This document shows positions 1 through 10,400 of a DNA stretch of 64,000 nucleotides, one piece after another. Numbering within the stretch: the stretch's first letter is position 1; the number at the start of each line of letters is the position of its first letter. Source of the DNA: Strigamia acuminata (lineage: Eukaryota); contig OX442314.1 of assembly GCA_949358305.1 (NCBI GenBank), forward strand, positions 23,808,001-23,872,000. The letters run 5' to 3'. The notes under the pieces are model-generated. The model was given only the letters and a program-made list of their open reading frames with translations, was not told the DNA's origin and ran no database searches. The position numbers and the translations under genes are program-made.

Positions 1-101
1 TGTACGGGTACGGGTAGGGTAGGGTATGGGTAAGAACTTTTAAGGGGAGACGGGTAACGGGCGGGTAACGGGTAGAAATTTTACGCCAATGCTCCTCTCT
101 G
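1..101. mobile_element. Right end of a GGGTA(C)-rich hAT-type MITE, same family as 15201-15503; runs off the window start
   Basis: GACGGGTAACGGGCGGGTAACGGGTA...CGCCAATGCTCCTCTCTG matches the right end of the complete copy (…CGCCAATGTTATTCTCTG). It interrupts the pol 3' end of element 1 and supplies the last residues QRGALA*. Confidence 0.8.
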
Positions 102-2582
102 GTCTTCGGCTTCTGGAGCAATGTCGGGAAGTGGTATCAAGTGAAATCGGTTCCGTCGGATCGTTCTCTTATCGGTTTCGACGATGTATGATCGGGGTGA
201 TGTATCGAGTTGTTTTATACGTCCTTCGCGTCGTAGATCGGTGATCCAAACAGTTTCGCCGATTTTTAGTGGATGTAGTTCTCGTACGCCGTGGTGTCTG
301 TCGTAATTCGTTTTCTGTGTTTTCCGTCTGTTTTCTTCCTTCTGGCGTAACGTTGATTCGTTCGGTGTTTTCGGATTTAATTTCGAGCTGATGATAGGGA
401 CTGACAAATTTCGAATAGCTCTTCCGTTCAGCAGTTCGGCTGGTGAAAATCCGTTTGCAAGAGGAGTTGCGCGGTAAAGCTGCAGTGCGCGATAGCCGTC
501 ATCCGCTTTTTTCAAGCTTCGTTTTATGATTTTCACCGCTGCTTCGACGAATCCGTTACTTTGAGGAAATCCGGGGCTACTCGTGACGTGAGTAAATTGC
601 CATTCTTTGGCGAACGTCCGAAATTCCGAATTCAATAATGGTCCAAAATGTGTTCCGTTGTCGCTGTAGACGACTTCGGGCGATCCTTGTTCCGAAAATA
701 AAGATTTTAAATGCGTTATTGTCGTTTTCTCGTGAAGGCTTGTCATCGGAAAAATAAATGGAAATCGTGAGAAGTAATCGGTAACGAGGAGATACCATTT
801 GTTCTCCAGTTTAAATAAATCCATCGCAATCTTTTGCCATGGTCGCTTTGGAAATTCGGATGGCATCAACGGCTCGTGTTGATTATTCGTCTCCTTGATG
901 CATTCGGGACAGGTTTTAATCAATTCTTCAAGCTGCGTCGACAAACCTGGCCACCAAACCGATTGTTTTGCCAAGGCTCTGCATTTAGTTATTCCAAGAT
1001 GGGCGCCGTGAATTTTTGCTAACATTTCCTTCTGGAGAGCCGCCGGAATCACGATACGAGACGCTTTGAGCAAAATTCCGTCATCAACAGTGAGATCCGT
1101 TCGATGTTGCCAATAGTCTTTAACGAGTGCGGGAACTTCGTTTTTTGGCGGCCAATAATGTTGTGAAAATCTGATGAGATGTCTGCAAATTTCGTCTTCT
1201 TGCTGTGTTTTCGTGATTTGTTGTAGACGTTCGTCCGTGGCTGGAAGTGATCTGGTCACCAAATGTACGTACGCGACTATTTCTTGGTCTAGATCGTAAT
1301 CGCCCTCCGTTCTTTCGATTGGTCGGCGAGAGAGAGCGTCGGCGAGTCCCAAATCTTTTCCCGCGATGTGAACCACTGTATAGGCATGACGCTGGAGTCG
1401 TAACCGCATTCTCTGGAGTTTCGGGGTTAATTCGTCGAGTGGTTTGGTCATGAAGATCGGAACCAGCGGCTTGTGATCGGTTTCTAATCGGATCGGGATG
1501 CCTGTAATAAAATCTTGAAAACGGTCGCATGCCCAGGTAAGTGCGTATCCCTCTTTATCGATCTGTGCCCACTTAGTTTGAGCCGATGTGAATGTCTTCG
1601 CTGCGTATGCAATAGGCCGAAACTCGCCGCTATCTTGTTTTTGTTTTAACACGGCTCCAACCCCGTAACTTGATGCGTCGGAGGAGATTACAGTTTCTCG
1701 TTTCGGGTCGAACCAAGCGAGGACGGGTTTTGCTGATAATGCGAGTTTCAGTTTTTCGAACGCTTCGTTTTGTATCGGGCTCCACAAGTATTCGTTTTTC
1801 TCTCGTAGTAAATCGTTTAGTGGGTGTGCTAACGTAGCTAGGTGTGGAATAAAACGCCCTAAGTAATTGATTGTACCGAGAAAACTACGAAGTTCCGATT
1901 TGTTTTGTGGCGCAGGCATTTTAGCTATCGCCTCAATTCGATCGTCGTCGATGTGTACCCCTTCCGAATCGATAATATGGCCCAAAAACTTGATGCTTGT
2001 CACACCGAAAACGCACTTCTCTTTGTTCATCGTCACGTTTTTTTCAAATAAACGTTTCAAAACGGCCCGTAATCGTTCGTCGTGCTCCTCGATCGTGTCT
2101 CCGTAAACCAAAATACCGTCAACGTTACACTGGACGCCGATTAATCCTTCTAGAATTTCCGTCATCCGTTTCTGAAATACCTCCGGAGCCGCAACGATGC
2201 CGAATGGTAAACGAGTGAATTTAAAACGTCCGAATGGTGTGATGAATGTGGTGAGGAGTTGTGATTCTTCGTCCAATTCGCATTGCCAAAATCCGTGGTT
2301 AGCGTCCAATTTCGAAAAATACTTCGCTTTCCCGAGGCGTCCAAATAGATTTTCCGTGTTTGGCATCGGAAAAATTTCTCGTTTGATGTAAACGTTGAGT
2401 GGAACGTAGTCAACGCACATTCGGATGGATCCGTCGGGTTTCGGAACTGTGACGAGACCGGAACACCAGTCGGTTGGCTCGTCCACCGGCACGATAACGC
2501 CCAAAAGCAACATTTTGTCTAAACTTTTCTTGATCTCGTTTAGTTTCGGAATCGGGGCCCGGCGCGGTGTGGTTAGAGCGTC
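102..2582 (-). pseudogene. pol: Element 1 pol (RT, RNase H, integrase); protease missing and RT catalytic motif mutated
   Basis: Motifs MCVDY, KLDANHGFWQ, LPFG, SDASSYGVGAVL, TDHKPL, ADALSR, H..HLG..C..C, SDNG, NGFVE. YxDD reads NVDG at 2115-2126. The frame opens at 2582 (DALTTPRRAPIP). Confidence 0.9.
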
Positions 2583-3153
2583 CTACTTCTGTTTTAATGT
2601 CGAGCGTTTGTCGTAATTCTACTTGTTGTCGTCGAACTTGTTCGTTCATTCGAACCGTATCGATAGCTTTTTTTAACGTTAGATCGTCCGCCAACTGTAA
2701 TTTTTCACATAATTGACGATTTCGCAAACCCACGACGATCCGATCGCAGATCAATGTTTCGCGGAGATTATCGCTGGTCAACTTGTCCAATTCGCAATTG
2801 TCGGCCAATTCGTATAACGCGGTGATAAAATCGTCCACCGATTCGTCTTCATGTTGGATTCGTTGATTGAAACGCGCTCGTTCGAAGATCAGGTTTTTCT
2901 TTGCGACGAATAATTTATCGAAAGCTGCGATGACAGAATCGAACTTTTTTAATTGTTTCGGAGTCAGATTCGCTTTTTTTAAAACGTGTTCCGCCTTCCT
3001 GCCCATGCTGTATAACAAACCGTCGATCTTGTCTTCGTCTGTTTTCTCGCGGAGTCCAGAAAAGTTCAAAAATCGTACGAATCTCGTTTTCCATTCGGGC
3101 CAGTCGGATGGAGTTGAAAAGTCGAATTGTTCGGGAAACGGAGTGGTCGTCAT
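2583..3153 (-). pseudogene. gag: Element 1 gag, 3'-truncated (no zinc knuckle)
   Basis: PEQFDF..WPEWKTRF, FERARFNQRIQ..ESVDDFITALYELADNC and DRIVVGL are typical of Mag-like Gag. It joins pol out of frame near 2580. Confidence 0.85.
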
Positions 3154-3201
3154 CGTAGCGAAATTTCACGAATGATTTGAGTTTAATTTTAAGTCGGTTT
3201 A

Positions 3202-3214
3202 ACCGCTGCCACCA
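3202..3214 (-). promoter_or_regulatory. Primer-binding site, tRNA-Leu
   Basis: Minus-strand TGGTGGCAGCGGT directly after the LTR; complementary to the tRNA-Leu 3' end (ACCGCTGCCA-CCA). Confidence 0.85.
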
Positions 3215-3358
3215 TGTGTTATCAGGAATGACGAATGAATGACAGGTCAGTGTGAAGTCTAACTAACAAGTGATTTATTATAAGTACAAGTACAATTTAT
3301 ATATGTCGGGAATACGTCATATGTTCGTATGACGTAAATACAATTAGCCAATTACACA
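3215..3358 (-). repeat. 5' LTR of element 1 (about 144 bp)
   Basis: TGTGT...ACACA termini, minus-strand AATAAA, abuts the PBS. The partner LTR is not in the window. Confidence 0.75.
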
Positions 3359-3379
3359 GTTATTCTAGATTTTTAAACC

Positions 3380-4199
3380 TGTGGTGACCCAGTTGGATAA
3401 GTGTCCCCCCAGGGCGGATACTTGTCCTATGAGTCACTATGATTAAAGAGTCGTTCCCCCCCGAGTTGGCTCCACCTCCCCATGGCAGGTGTGTGCCCCG
3501 AGGGGGAGGAAGCGGCTGGTGGTCAGCCCCCATTGGTTGATCGCCGGCCCTTCACCCCACTGCATAAAAGGCTGTGTTTCCCGCCTAAAGACAGAACTTA
3601 CACAAACGACACCAAGAACACAGCAACTACCTCACCGTCAGGCCAACTTCAACTACAAGTTAGGATTGATCGAGGATCGCTGAGTAAAGTGCAAACTGTA
3701 ACTCTCACGAAGTCACTTGCGAGCTATTCCTGCGAAAGCACGAGAATAGCCCTTGTGAAATCACCCAGAATAATCGCCCAGACGATTATTCGCCGAAGTA
3801 AGTGTCCGAGTGCTTTGTAGGGAACCCCAAAGTTCCTAGACGAGGCCTCTGCGACGCTAAACAAACCCTAGACAACAGGCACGGATAGAAGACTCGAAAG
3901 AGCATTCCACCGCGTCCGTGAAGACGAATCCGTGACGAATTAACGACAACTCGAGACGCCGCCTTTGTTCCGCCGACCACGCGGAATCGACGACGCCATC
4001 TTGAGAAATCCTTTGTTCGACGCTGACCACGTCGACTCTAGAATTATTACTGAGTGTATTTTAAAGGCATAAAGCCTGGTGAATAAATTACCTGTTTATT
4101 TACATACATTTGGTATTCATTTGGGTATTTACATAATTGATCACAGGTAAAGTATTACACGTTAGCGCTATTTAAACCTATACCAAGTAGGACGCGACA
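3380..4199 (+). repeat. 5' LTR of element 2
   Basis: Direct repeat of 15738-16557 (offset 12358); TGTGGTG...CGCGACA. Confidence 0.97.
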
Positions 4200-4201
4200 C
4201 G

Positions 4202-4219
4202 TGGGGGTCTGTCCGGGAT
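4202..4219 (+). promoter_or_regulatory. Primer-binding site, tRNA-Pro-like
   Basis: TGGGGGTCTGTCCGGGAT, 2 nt after the LTR, versus canonical TGGGGGCTCGTCCGGGAT (3 mismatches). Confidence 0.8.
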
Positions 4220-4293
4220 TTAGAAATAAATCTCAAATCTGAACTTGTGATCTCTCAATAAGATAACCCAAATCGTAGAATTACCGAAAGAAA

Positions 4294-7200
4294 ATGTCAG
4301 ACAAAGACGAGCAATCCACGTCTGAAACCGAGCAGAGAATGCCCGAGAAGGGAAAAAGGACCTCCGACTACCACCTGAGATCGGATGGTCCCGTCCCTGA
4401 AATGTCCGCAAAGGCGAAAGCCCGAGCGAATAAAAGGAGAGCGAAGGCGCAGAAAGAGGAGCAAGCTGCATCGCTCGCGGCCCTAGACGGGCCAGAGCGA
4501 GAGCGGGTTCCCTTGAATATGCAACCCTTCGAAGATACCGATCCGGAAGCCATAGAAAATCGAGAAGAAATTCGCGAGATATCGCCAGGACGAGTATCGA
4601 TATTGATGACCGAGGAGACGAATGAAGCTCCGAAAATAACGGTCACGGTCGGCACGAACCCATCGCCACCCACGGCTCAGACGTCCGTGGAGCAAACCCC
4701 ACGAAAAAACGACGGCGGGACCCCGATAACCCCCCGAGTTACGGCGAGTCCTGCGGTTGTTTCCTTCGAGGTATCTCACCTAATTCGGTTGACACGGCAA
4801 GCTGCCCAACTGAAAGCGATGATAGACATTCCAGTAGGAACGTCAGTCTGGGAATCGATTACTCTACTCACTGACGCTATCTGTGCGGCACAAGCCCCGA
4901 CGCCGGTCGCAAGACCAGCAGCGGAGACGCCCATGCCCCAGGTAACGCCCAGTGACACCGGAGGTTTCGCGCCAGACCCCAACCGAACACTTCACGAATC
5001 CAGAGAGAAGGCCCGCGAGGAAGCCAGACAAGAAGCGACTAGTCGCCAACGAAGGCTGAGCGCAGAGCGGCGAGAACTCTGGAAGGAAGAGGAAGAAAGG
5101 GAGCAACGCGAGAGAAGAACCACCGAGAGAACAGAGAAACTGGTCCAAAAAATGAGGGAAGAACGAGAAGCTAAAATTCGAAAAGAATGGAACGCAACAG
5201 TAGAAGGGCGACATCGAGAAGCTCAAGAGTACGAGGACCAATTTCAAGCGCTAATAGCTCAAAGAAAAACAGAAAAACTACAAATGTTGCGAAAAGAGGC
5301 CATTCTACAACATCAGAAATGGGAAGAACAACATCGCGAGAGGTTGAGAGAAGAGGAAGCCAGAAAAGAAAAAGAACAGTTTCTGAAAGAGAAAGAAGAG
5401 TGGGATCGAGTCAGATGGACCGAAGAGTACAAAGCGAAGAAACAAGCTATAATAGATGAGCAAAAAAGATGGGAAGCCGAAAACTGGGAGAAGGAGACAG
5501 AAAAGTTCCAGAAAGAGTACGCACAAGACGTCTCGGACAGGAAGAAAAATGAAGAAAACCTGAAACGGAAACCAGAACCCCCCAGCGGCTCTGATACCGA
5601 CACAGGAGAAGGTGCAACAAAGCCGGCAAAAACGGCGAAAAGGGGGAAATCTCAAAAGAGAGACGAGTCGGTCCCAAAAACAAAGGACCGTCACCCCTCA
5701 AAAAGATCCGAGACGGGAGCAGCCATCGACGCGTTACTCGAAAAGAAAAACGCAAATAAAAATCGGGAACGCCCCGAAAGCGAGGAAAACAGATGGCATT
5801 CTTTTTACGAGAACAACGACGGAGGGGAGCCGCCGCCATCCGGAGGCTCGAAACAGAAGAAGGCTGGCGGAGAGACCCCACCGAGAGGGCCGAGGTTTCA
5901 CCCCCAAGGAGATCCCTCCGAGCCCTCCGATTCGTCGGACGACGACCATCCGAGTCGACCGTCTACAGGGAGGAGTCAAGAAGACAGCGATGGGCACCGG
6001 TCGAACCGGCCGAATGCTTCAGACCGCTCCTCCCGGAGCTCCAACCCTCGTTCGGAGGAAGGGAACTTTCAGGACTCATCTGGCCGACATTACACGATGT
6101 CTGAGCTAGGCCGAGCCCTGCTGAACTCTTTCAGAAGAGAAGGAATCGATCTAGGCCATCCAGGCGACGAACATAATCGCGCTGGAGAGAGGGTTAAGCG
6201 TAAATATGGCGTACGAAACGAACCAAGCAGCGAAGCCACGGGTAACATCCGTTGGCAACACTACATACAAACACGATTCGACGGTTCGTGGAAGGCCGGA
6301 GACCGCTTCCTAGACGAAGTAATGCGTATCAAGAAAGCGACAAAAGCCACCGTCGCCGACATGCTAACCCACGGTCTAGTGGAGCTAACCACGGGGTCAG
6401 CTCGAGAATGGTATCAGGGACTGAAAAACCCAACCTGGGACGATTTTCTCGTCCGTTTCGATCTCCGATACGGCGAGACTCCAGACGAGATCAGTAACAA
6501 ATTACGTGGTCTACGGCAAGCCCCAGGAGAAACATTAGCCGACTACGACGCCCGAGCGAAACTCCTGTTTGCAAGAGCGCCGTACGAAATAAACCCCGCT
6601 GGTTTTACGATGATCTTTTACGGAGGATTATCGGCCCACTCGCAAAGAATTCTGCTAGACATGCGTGCACCCCGCACTGGCGATTACCAAGATGTCAGTA
6701 ACTATCTTCTAACAAACACGTTAGAAATAGAACAGCGGTATTACGCCACTCTGCCCCCGGAGGAAGCTGACGCGCACGAGAAGCGGTTGCAGACGAGCGC
6801 CGAACGCCACAAGACCTCAGAAAAATTAATGAGGCCAAGTGAATATTTGAGCGGCATAATGAGTCTCACCGAAGCATCCTTCGGACGAATGCTGACGCCT
6901 AAAGCAGGCAGTATTCTTCCAGCCAACCCGATAGCTGCCCCAAAGAAAGCACCGGCAGCGACGGCGATGCAGGTGACCTCGACGGACTCCACCCAGATGG
7001 AGAAAGTCGAAGAGACAACACCTCTCGCCACGGCTAAAGAAGAGGAGCCAGCATCGAGCGACGAGGAAGCCCTAAATGAGCACCTCGAAAACTTATCGAC
7101 GGGATGCGACGATCAAGGTCCCTATTTGCACCATGCACACCGGGCCTTGGCAATCGCACAATTCAGAGCACACGTGCAGGCAACAAAAGCGAGAGGGGCA

Positions 7201-7434
7201 TTGGGAGGAAAAAGACGATTCCCGACGCCCTTCGTCCCGAAAAAACCGGGATTCACTCCCACAGGGGATAAAAGTAACATCAAATGTTACAGCTGTGGAG
7301 AATACGGCCACTACTCAGATAAATGTGAGAAAACCGTCAAAGAAAAGGACATCATGCAAACCATGATGAAAATGATGATGGAGTTAAGAACTGATCTGGC
7401 AAAAAACTTCCAAGCGCAGGCGTCGCCGAAATAA
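4294..7434 (+). CDS. gag: Gag, 1046 aa (long coiled coil, capsid-like domain, CCHC knuckle)
   Basis: FDGSW..G..FLDEV, LRQAPGETLADY, CYSCGEYGHYSDKC; homologous to element 3 Gag. Confidence 0.92.
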   Translation: MSDKDEQSTSETEQRMPEKGKRTSDYHLRSDGPVPEMSAKAKARANKRRAKAQKEEQAASLAALDGPERERVPLNMQPFEDTDPEAIENREEIREISPGRVSILMTEETNEAPKITVTVGTNPSPPTAQTSVEQTPRKNDGGTPITPRVTASPAVVSFEVSHLIRLTRQAAQLKAMIDIPVGTSVWESITLLTDAICAAQAPTPVARPAAETPMPQVTPSDTGGFAPDPNRTLHESREKAREEARQEATSRQRRLSAERRELWKEEEEREQRERRTTERTEKLVQKMREEREAKIRKEWNATVEGRHREAQEYEDQFQALIAQRKTEKLQMLRKEAILQHQKWEEQHRERLREEEARKEKEQFLKEKEEWDRVRWTEEYKAKKQAIIDEQKRWEAENWEKETEKFQKEYAQDVSDRKKNEENLKRKPEPPSGSDTDTGEGATKPAKTAKRGKSQKRDESVPKTKDRHPSKRSETGAAIDALLEKKNANKNRERPESEENRWHSFYENNDGGEPPPSGGSKQKKAGGETPPRGPRFHPQGDPSEPSDSSDDDHPSRPSTGRSQEDSDGHRSNRPNASDRSSRSSNPRSEEGNFQDSSGRHYTMSELGRALLNSFRREGIDLGHPGDEHNRAGERVKRKYGVRNEPSSEATGNIRWQHYIQTRFDGSWKAGDRFLDEVMRIKKATKATVADMLTHGLVELTTGSAREWYQGLKNPTWDDFLVRFDLRYGETPDEISNKLRGLRQAPGETLADYDARAKLLFARAPYEINPAGFTMIFYGGLSAHSQRILLDMRAPRTGDYQDVSNYLLTNTLEIEQRYYATLPPEEADAHEKRLQTSAERHKTSEKLMRPSEYLSGIMSLTEASFGRMLTPKAGSILPANPIAAPKKAPAATAMQVTSTDSTQMEKVEETTPLATAKEEEPASSDEEALNEHLENLSTGCDDQGPYLHHAHRALAIAQFRAHVQATKARGALGGKRRFPTPFVPKKPGFTPTGDKSNIKCYSCGEYGHYSDKCEKTVKEKDIMQTMMKMMMELRTDLAKNFQAQASPK

Positions 7435-7451
7435 ATTCAGCTTCGTCTGCG
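7401..7451 (+). promoter_or_regulatory. Predicted -1 ribosomal frameshift signal (gag-pol)
   Basis: A AAA AAC in the gag frame, a 6-nt spacer, then stem GCGCAGGCG/CGTCTGCGC. The -1 frame stays open into pol. Confidence 0.8.
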
Positions 7452-10400
7452 CCAGCCGCGGAAATTAAAAAGAAGAAATATCACACTGGACCCGCAGGTC
7501 ATGCCTTGGCAGAGGCACAGATCAAAGACCGCATACAGATCGTTCCGAAGAAGGAGGAAAAAGTGACGTTAACGAGTATGCAAGTGAGAACGAAACCGGA
7601 GGTCGACATGGATTGGACGGACCTTCCGTTCAATCTGGAGGTTGAGCCCCAGACATTACGCGTATTTCACTGCAATGTCACGAAAGCACATTGCGAAACT
7701 CTGTGTATGCTGCCAGTGGAGATAGAAAGCCAAAAATTGTTCGGTCTACTGGATTCAGGAGCGGATCGTTCATTCATATCCGAAGATATAGTAAAAGACT
7801 TGGATATTGGAAAGAAGGTGGCACAAGTGAACGCGAACGTAGAATTGCTCACCGCCAACGGCTACGTCAAGCCGAAGGGCGTAGTTCGCATCATGATCGA
7901 CTGGACGGGGGGGAACCTGTCCCACCCCTTCATAGTCTTGCCATCCCACGACAAAGTATTCCTCCTAGGGATGGACATCATGGCGAAACTGAAAATTCAG
8001 CCAAACCCGATAACCCGTTCATGGAACTGGATAAGTCCCGAGGGAGAACGGTCAGTCCCCGTAGTTCCCCAAAAATTACTGGACGAAGCCAAGGACAAAG
8101 AGGAATACGGAAGAGGATTGCGAAAATTCGTCCAAGATTACGATTTCGCAGCCTTCACTCTGGAATTACAGAGGAGTAACGTCGTGGACACCCTGGTCGA
8201 GGAGGCAGCACTGCGTGTTAACGAGGCATCGCTACTAAGGCGAGTGCTTCGAAAGCATGAAAGAATTCTGACCAAGACACCTGGTCGAACGACGGAAGCA
8301 ACACACGAAATAGTCTTAACCACAGACAAGCCGATTCGAGTGCCTTACAAGGGGATGAACCCCCAGAAAAGAGACATCGTGACGCAAATGTGCCAAGACA
8401 TGCTCGACAAGGGCATAGTAACGCAAGCCCTGGGCGAATACGCGATGCGGATCGTCCTGGTAATGCGTCCAGGCTCGGAGCCTCGACTATGCATTGATTA
8501 TCGCCCCCTGAATGCGATAACAGTTATAGACCCGATTCAGATGCCGTCTATAGACTCGATCCTCCGGGAACTGAGCCCGTTCAAGTGGGTAACCACCATG
8601 GACCTGTCAAAGGGGTATTGGCAAGTGGAGCTAAAACCCGAAGACAAACTAAAAACGGCTTTCTACTCCCCGATAGGAAGACTAATGTTCAACGTGATGC
8701 CGTTCGGGCTTGTAAACGCCCCGAGCACGTTCCAGAAACTGATCGAAAGCGTGTTGGGAGATATGCTGCACGACTTCGTGTGGGCGTATCTCGACGACAT
8801 CATAATAACGTCGGACACATTCGAAGAACATATAGACCACATCGATAGAGTGGTCTCTCGCCTAGCCAAGGCAGGACTCCACATCCATCCAGGGAAGAGC
8901 AAGTTTTGCAGGAAAGAGCTTGCCTTCCTAGGATATCGAATAGGAGTCGAGGGAATCGCGATTGACCCCGAAAAAGTCAAAGCAATAAACGGATTCCCCG
9001 CCCCCGAAGATATAAAAGGTGTCCAAAGATTCATGGGCATGGTCAATTTCTTCGGCCGACTACTCTCTGGTCTGGCTGAGGTGGCCGCGCCTATAACGGA
9101 TCTCTTACGAACGGATAAAGAGTTTGAGTGGACGGTCCAGTGCGAGGCCGCATTTAGCACTATCAAGCAAATGCTGGCTGACGTCGAAAAGATGCCATTG
9201 CCGGACCTAAACCGACCGTTCGTGTTGCACACCGACGCGAGTAAAATCGGACTGGGTGCAGCCCTTCTGCAGACCCACGTGTACAACGGAATCTCGCAAG
9301 AAGTACCCTGTATGTTTATAAGCAGAAAAATACAGGGCGCGGAGAAAAATTATACGGCAACGGAACTAGAATGCCTAGCCGTAATTTGGGCTGTTCGGAA
9401 ATTTCGCGACTATCTGGAGTACACGAACTTCGAGGTTCAGACAGATCACCAGGCACTAAGCTGGTTGATGAAGCTCAAGGAACCTTCCGGCCGACTCGCA
9501 AGATGGCAACTGGAGTTAATGGCGTGCGATATAACAATTACGTACCGCCCCGGGAAGTACAATCATGTGGCCGACGCCCTCTCGAGAGCCCCAGCCTCTG
9601 ACCCCCAGGGACCAGACGACGACGGCGAGGACGACACCCACCTCTTGTACTGCCCGACTCCACGGAGAATATGGCGTTTGCGAAAGGCGAACGAGCTACC
9701 AGTGATGGAGCCTGAAGATAGAACGTTTTGTGGTTTTTGGACTCGAACATACCAGCCAGCTGGGACAAACAATTCAACATCCGAAATTCAATCTCCGCCC
9801 CCCGGAGAAACCCACAAAACACTACTACGCGCCTTCACAGCAAAAATTGAAGAAAAAACACAATACGCTCCACCCACGAGACGTGAGTTCGTCGAACACC
9901 AGGCAGCAGACACAAAATGTCAAATTATAACGCAATATTTGCTGAACGGCGAATTTCCGGAAGGGATGACAAACCCACACCGCCGGAAACAGTTCGTCAA
10001 AGAAGCAACAAGCTACCTCATAGATGATGAACTCCTGGTAAAATACCACCCGACGTTTCAAGATGACCTCAGCGGAGCGGGAAACTCGGTTAAAGTGGTC
10101 GTACCGGCATCACTGCACAACCGACTGTTGTGGCTGATGCACGGACACCCGCTCGCCAGCCATTCCGGCATAGCGAGAACCCTTTATCGAGTAAAGCAAC
10201 TTTTCTTCTGGCCGGGCGCGCGGCAAAAGATAACGAAATTTATCCGACACTGCCCCCGGTGCCAAGCATGCAGACCGCGAGATAAAGTAGCCAGAAACGC
10301 CATGTCTCTCGGACCCTACGCACCGTTTGACTGCTTAAGCATAGACTTGATGGGCCCCAAGCCCACAACGGGAAACAAGAACATGTATATTCTCGTAATT

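Larger units (their letters stand above)
102..3358 (-). mobile_element. Ty3/gypsy (Mag-like) LTR retrotransposon, element 1; internally deleted, 3' end outside the window
   Basis: Short 5' LTR, tRNA-Leu PBS, gag, then RT-RNaseH-IN order. Confidence 0.9.

Noticed and set aside
3482..3820. 112-aa ORF in both LTRs of element 2, and small ORFs in element 3 LTRs
   Set aside because: Repeated only because the LTRs are duplicated; no recognisable motif or cross-element conservation.
3670..3860. Possible hammerhead ribozyme in the LTR
   Set aside because: Hairpins and GAAA are present, but no CUGANGA core is correctly placed.
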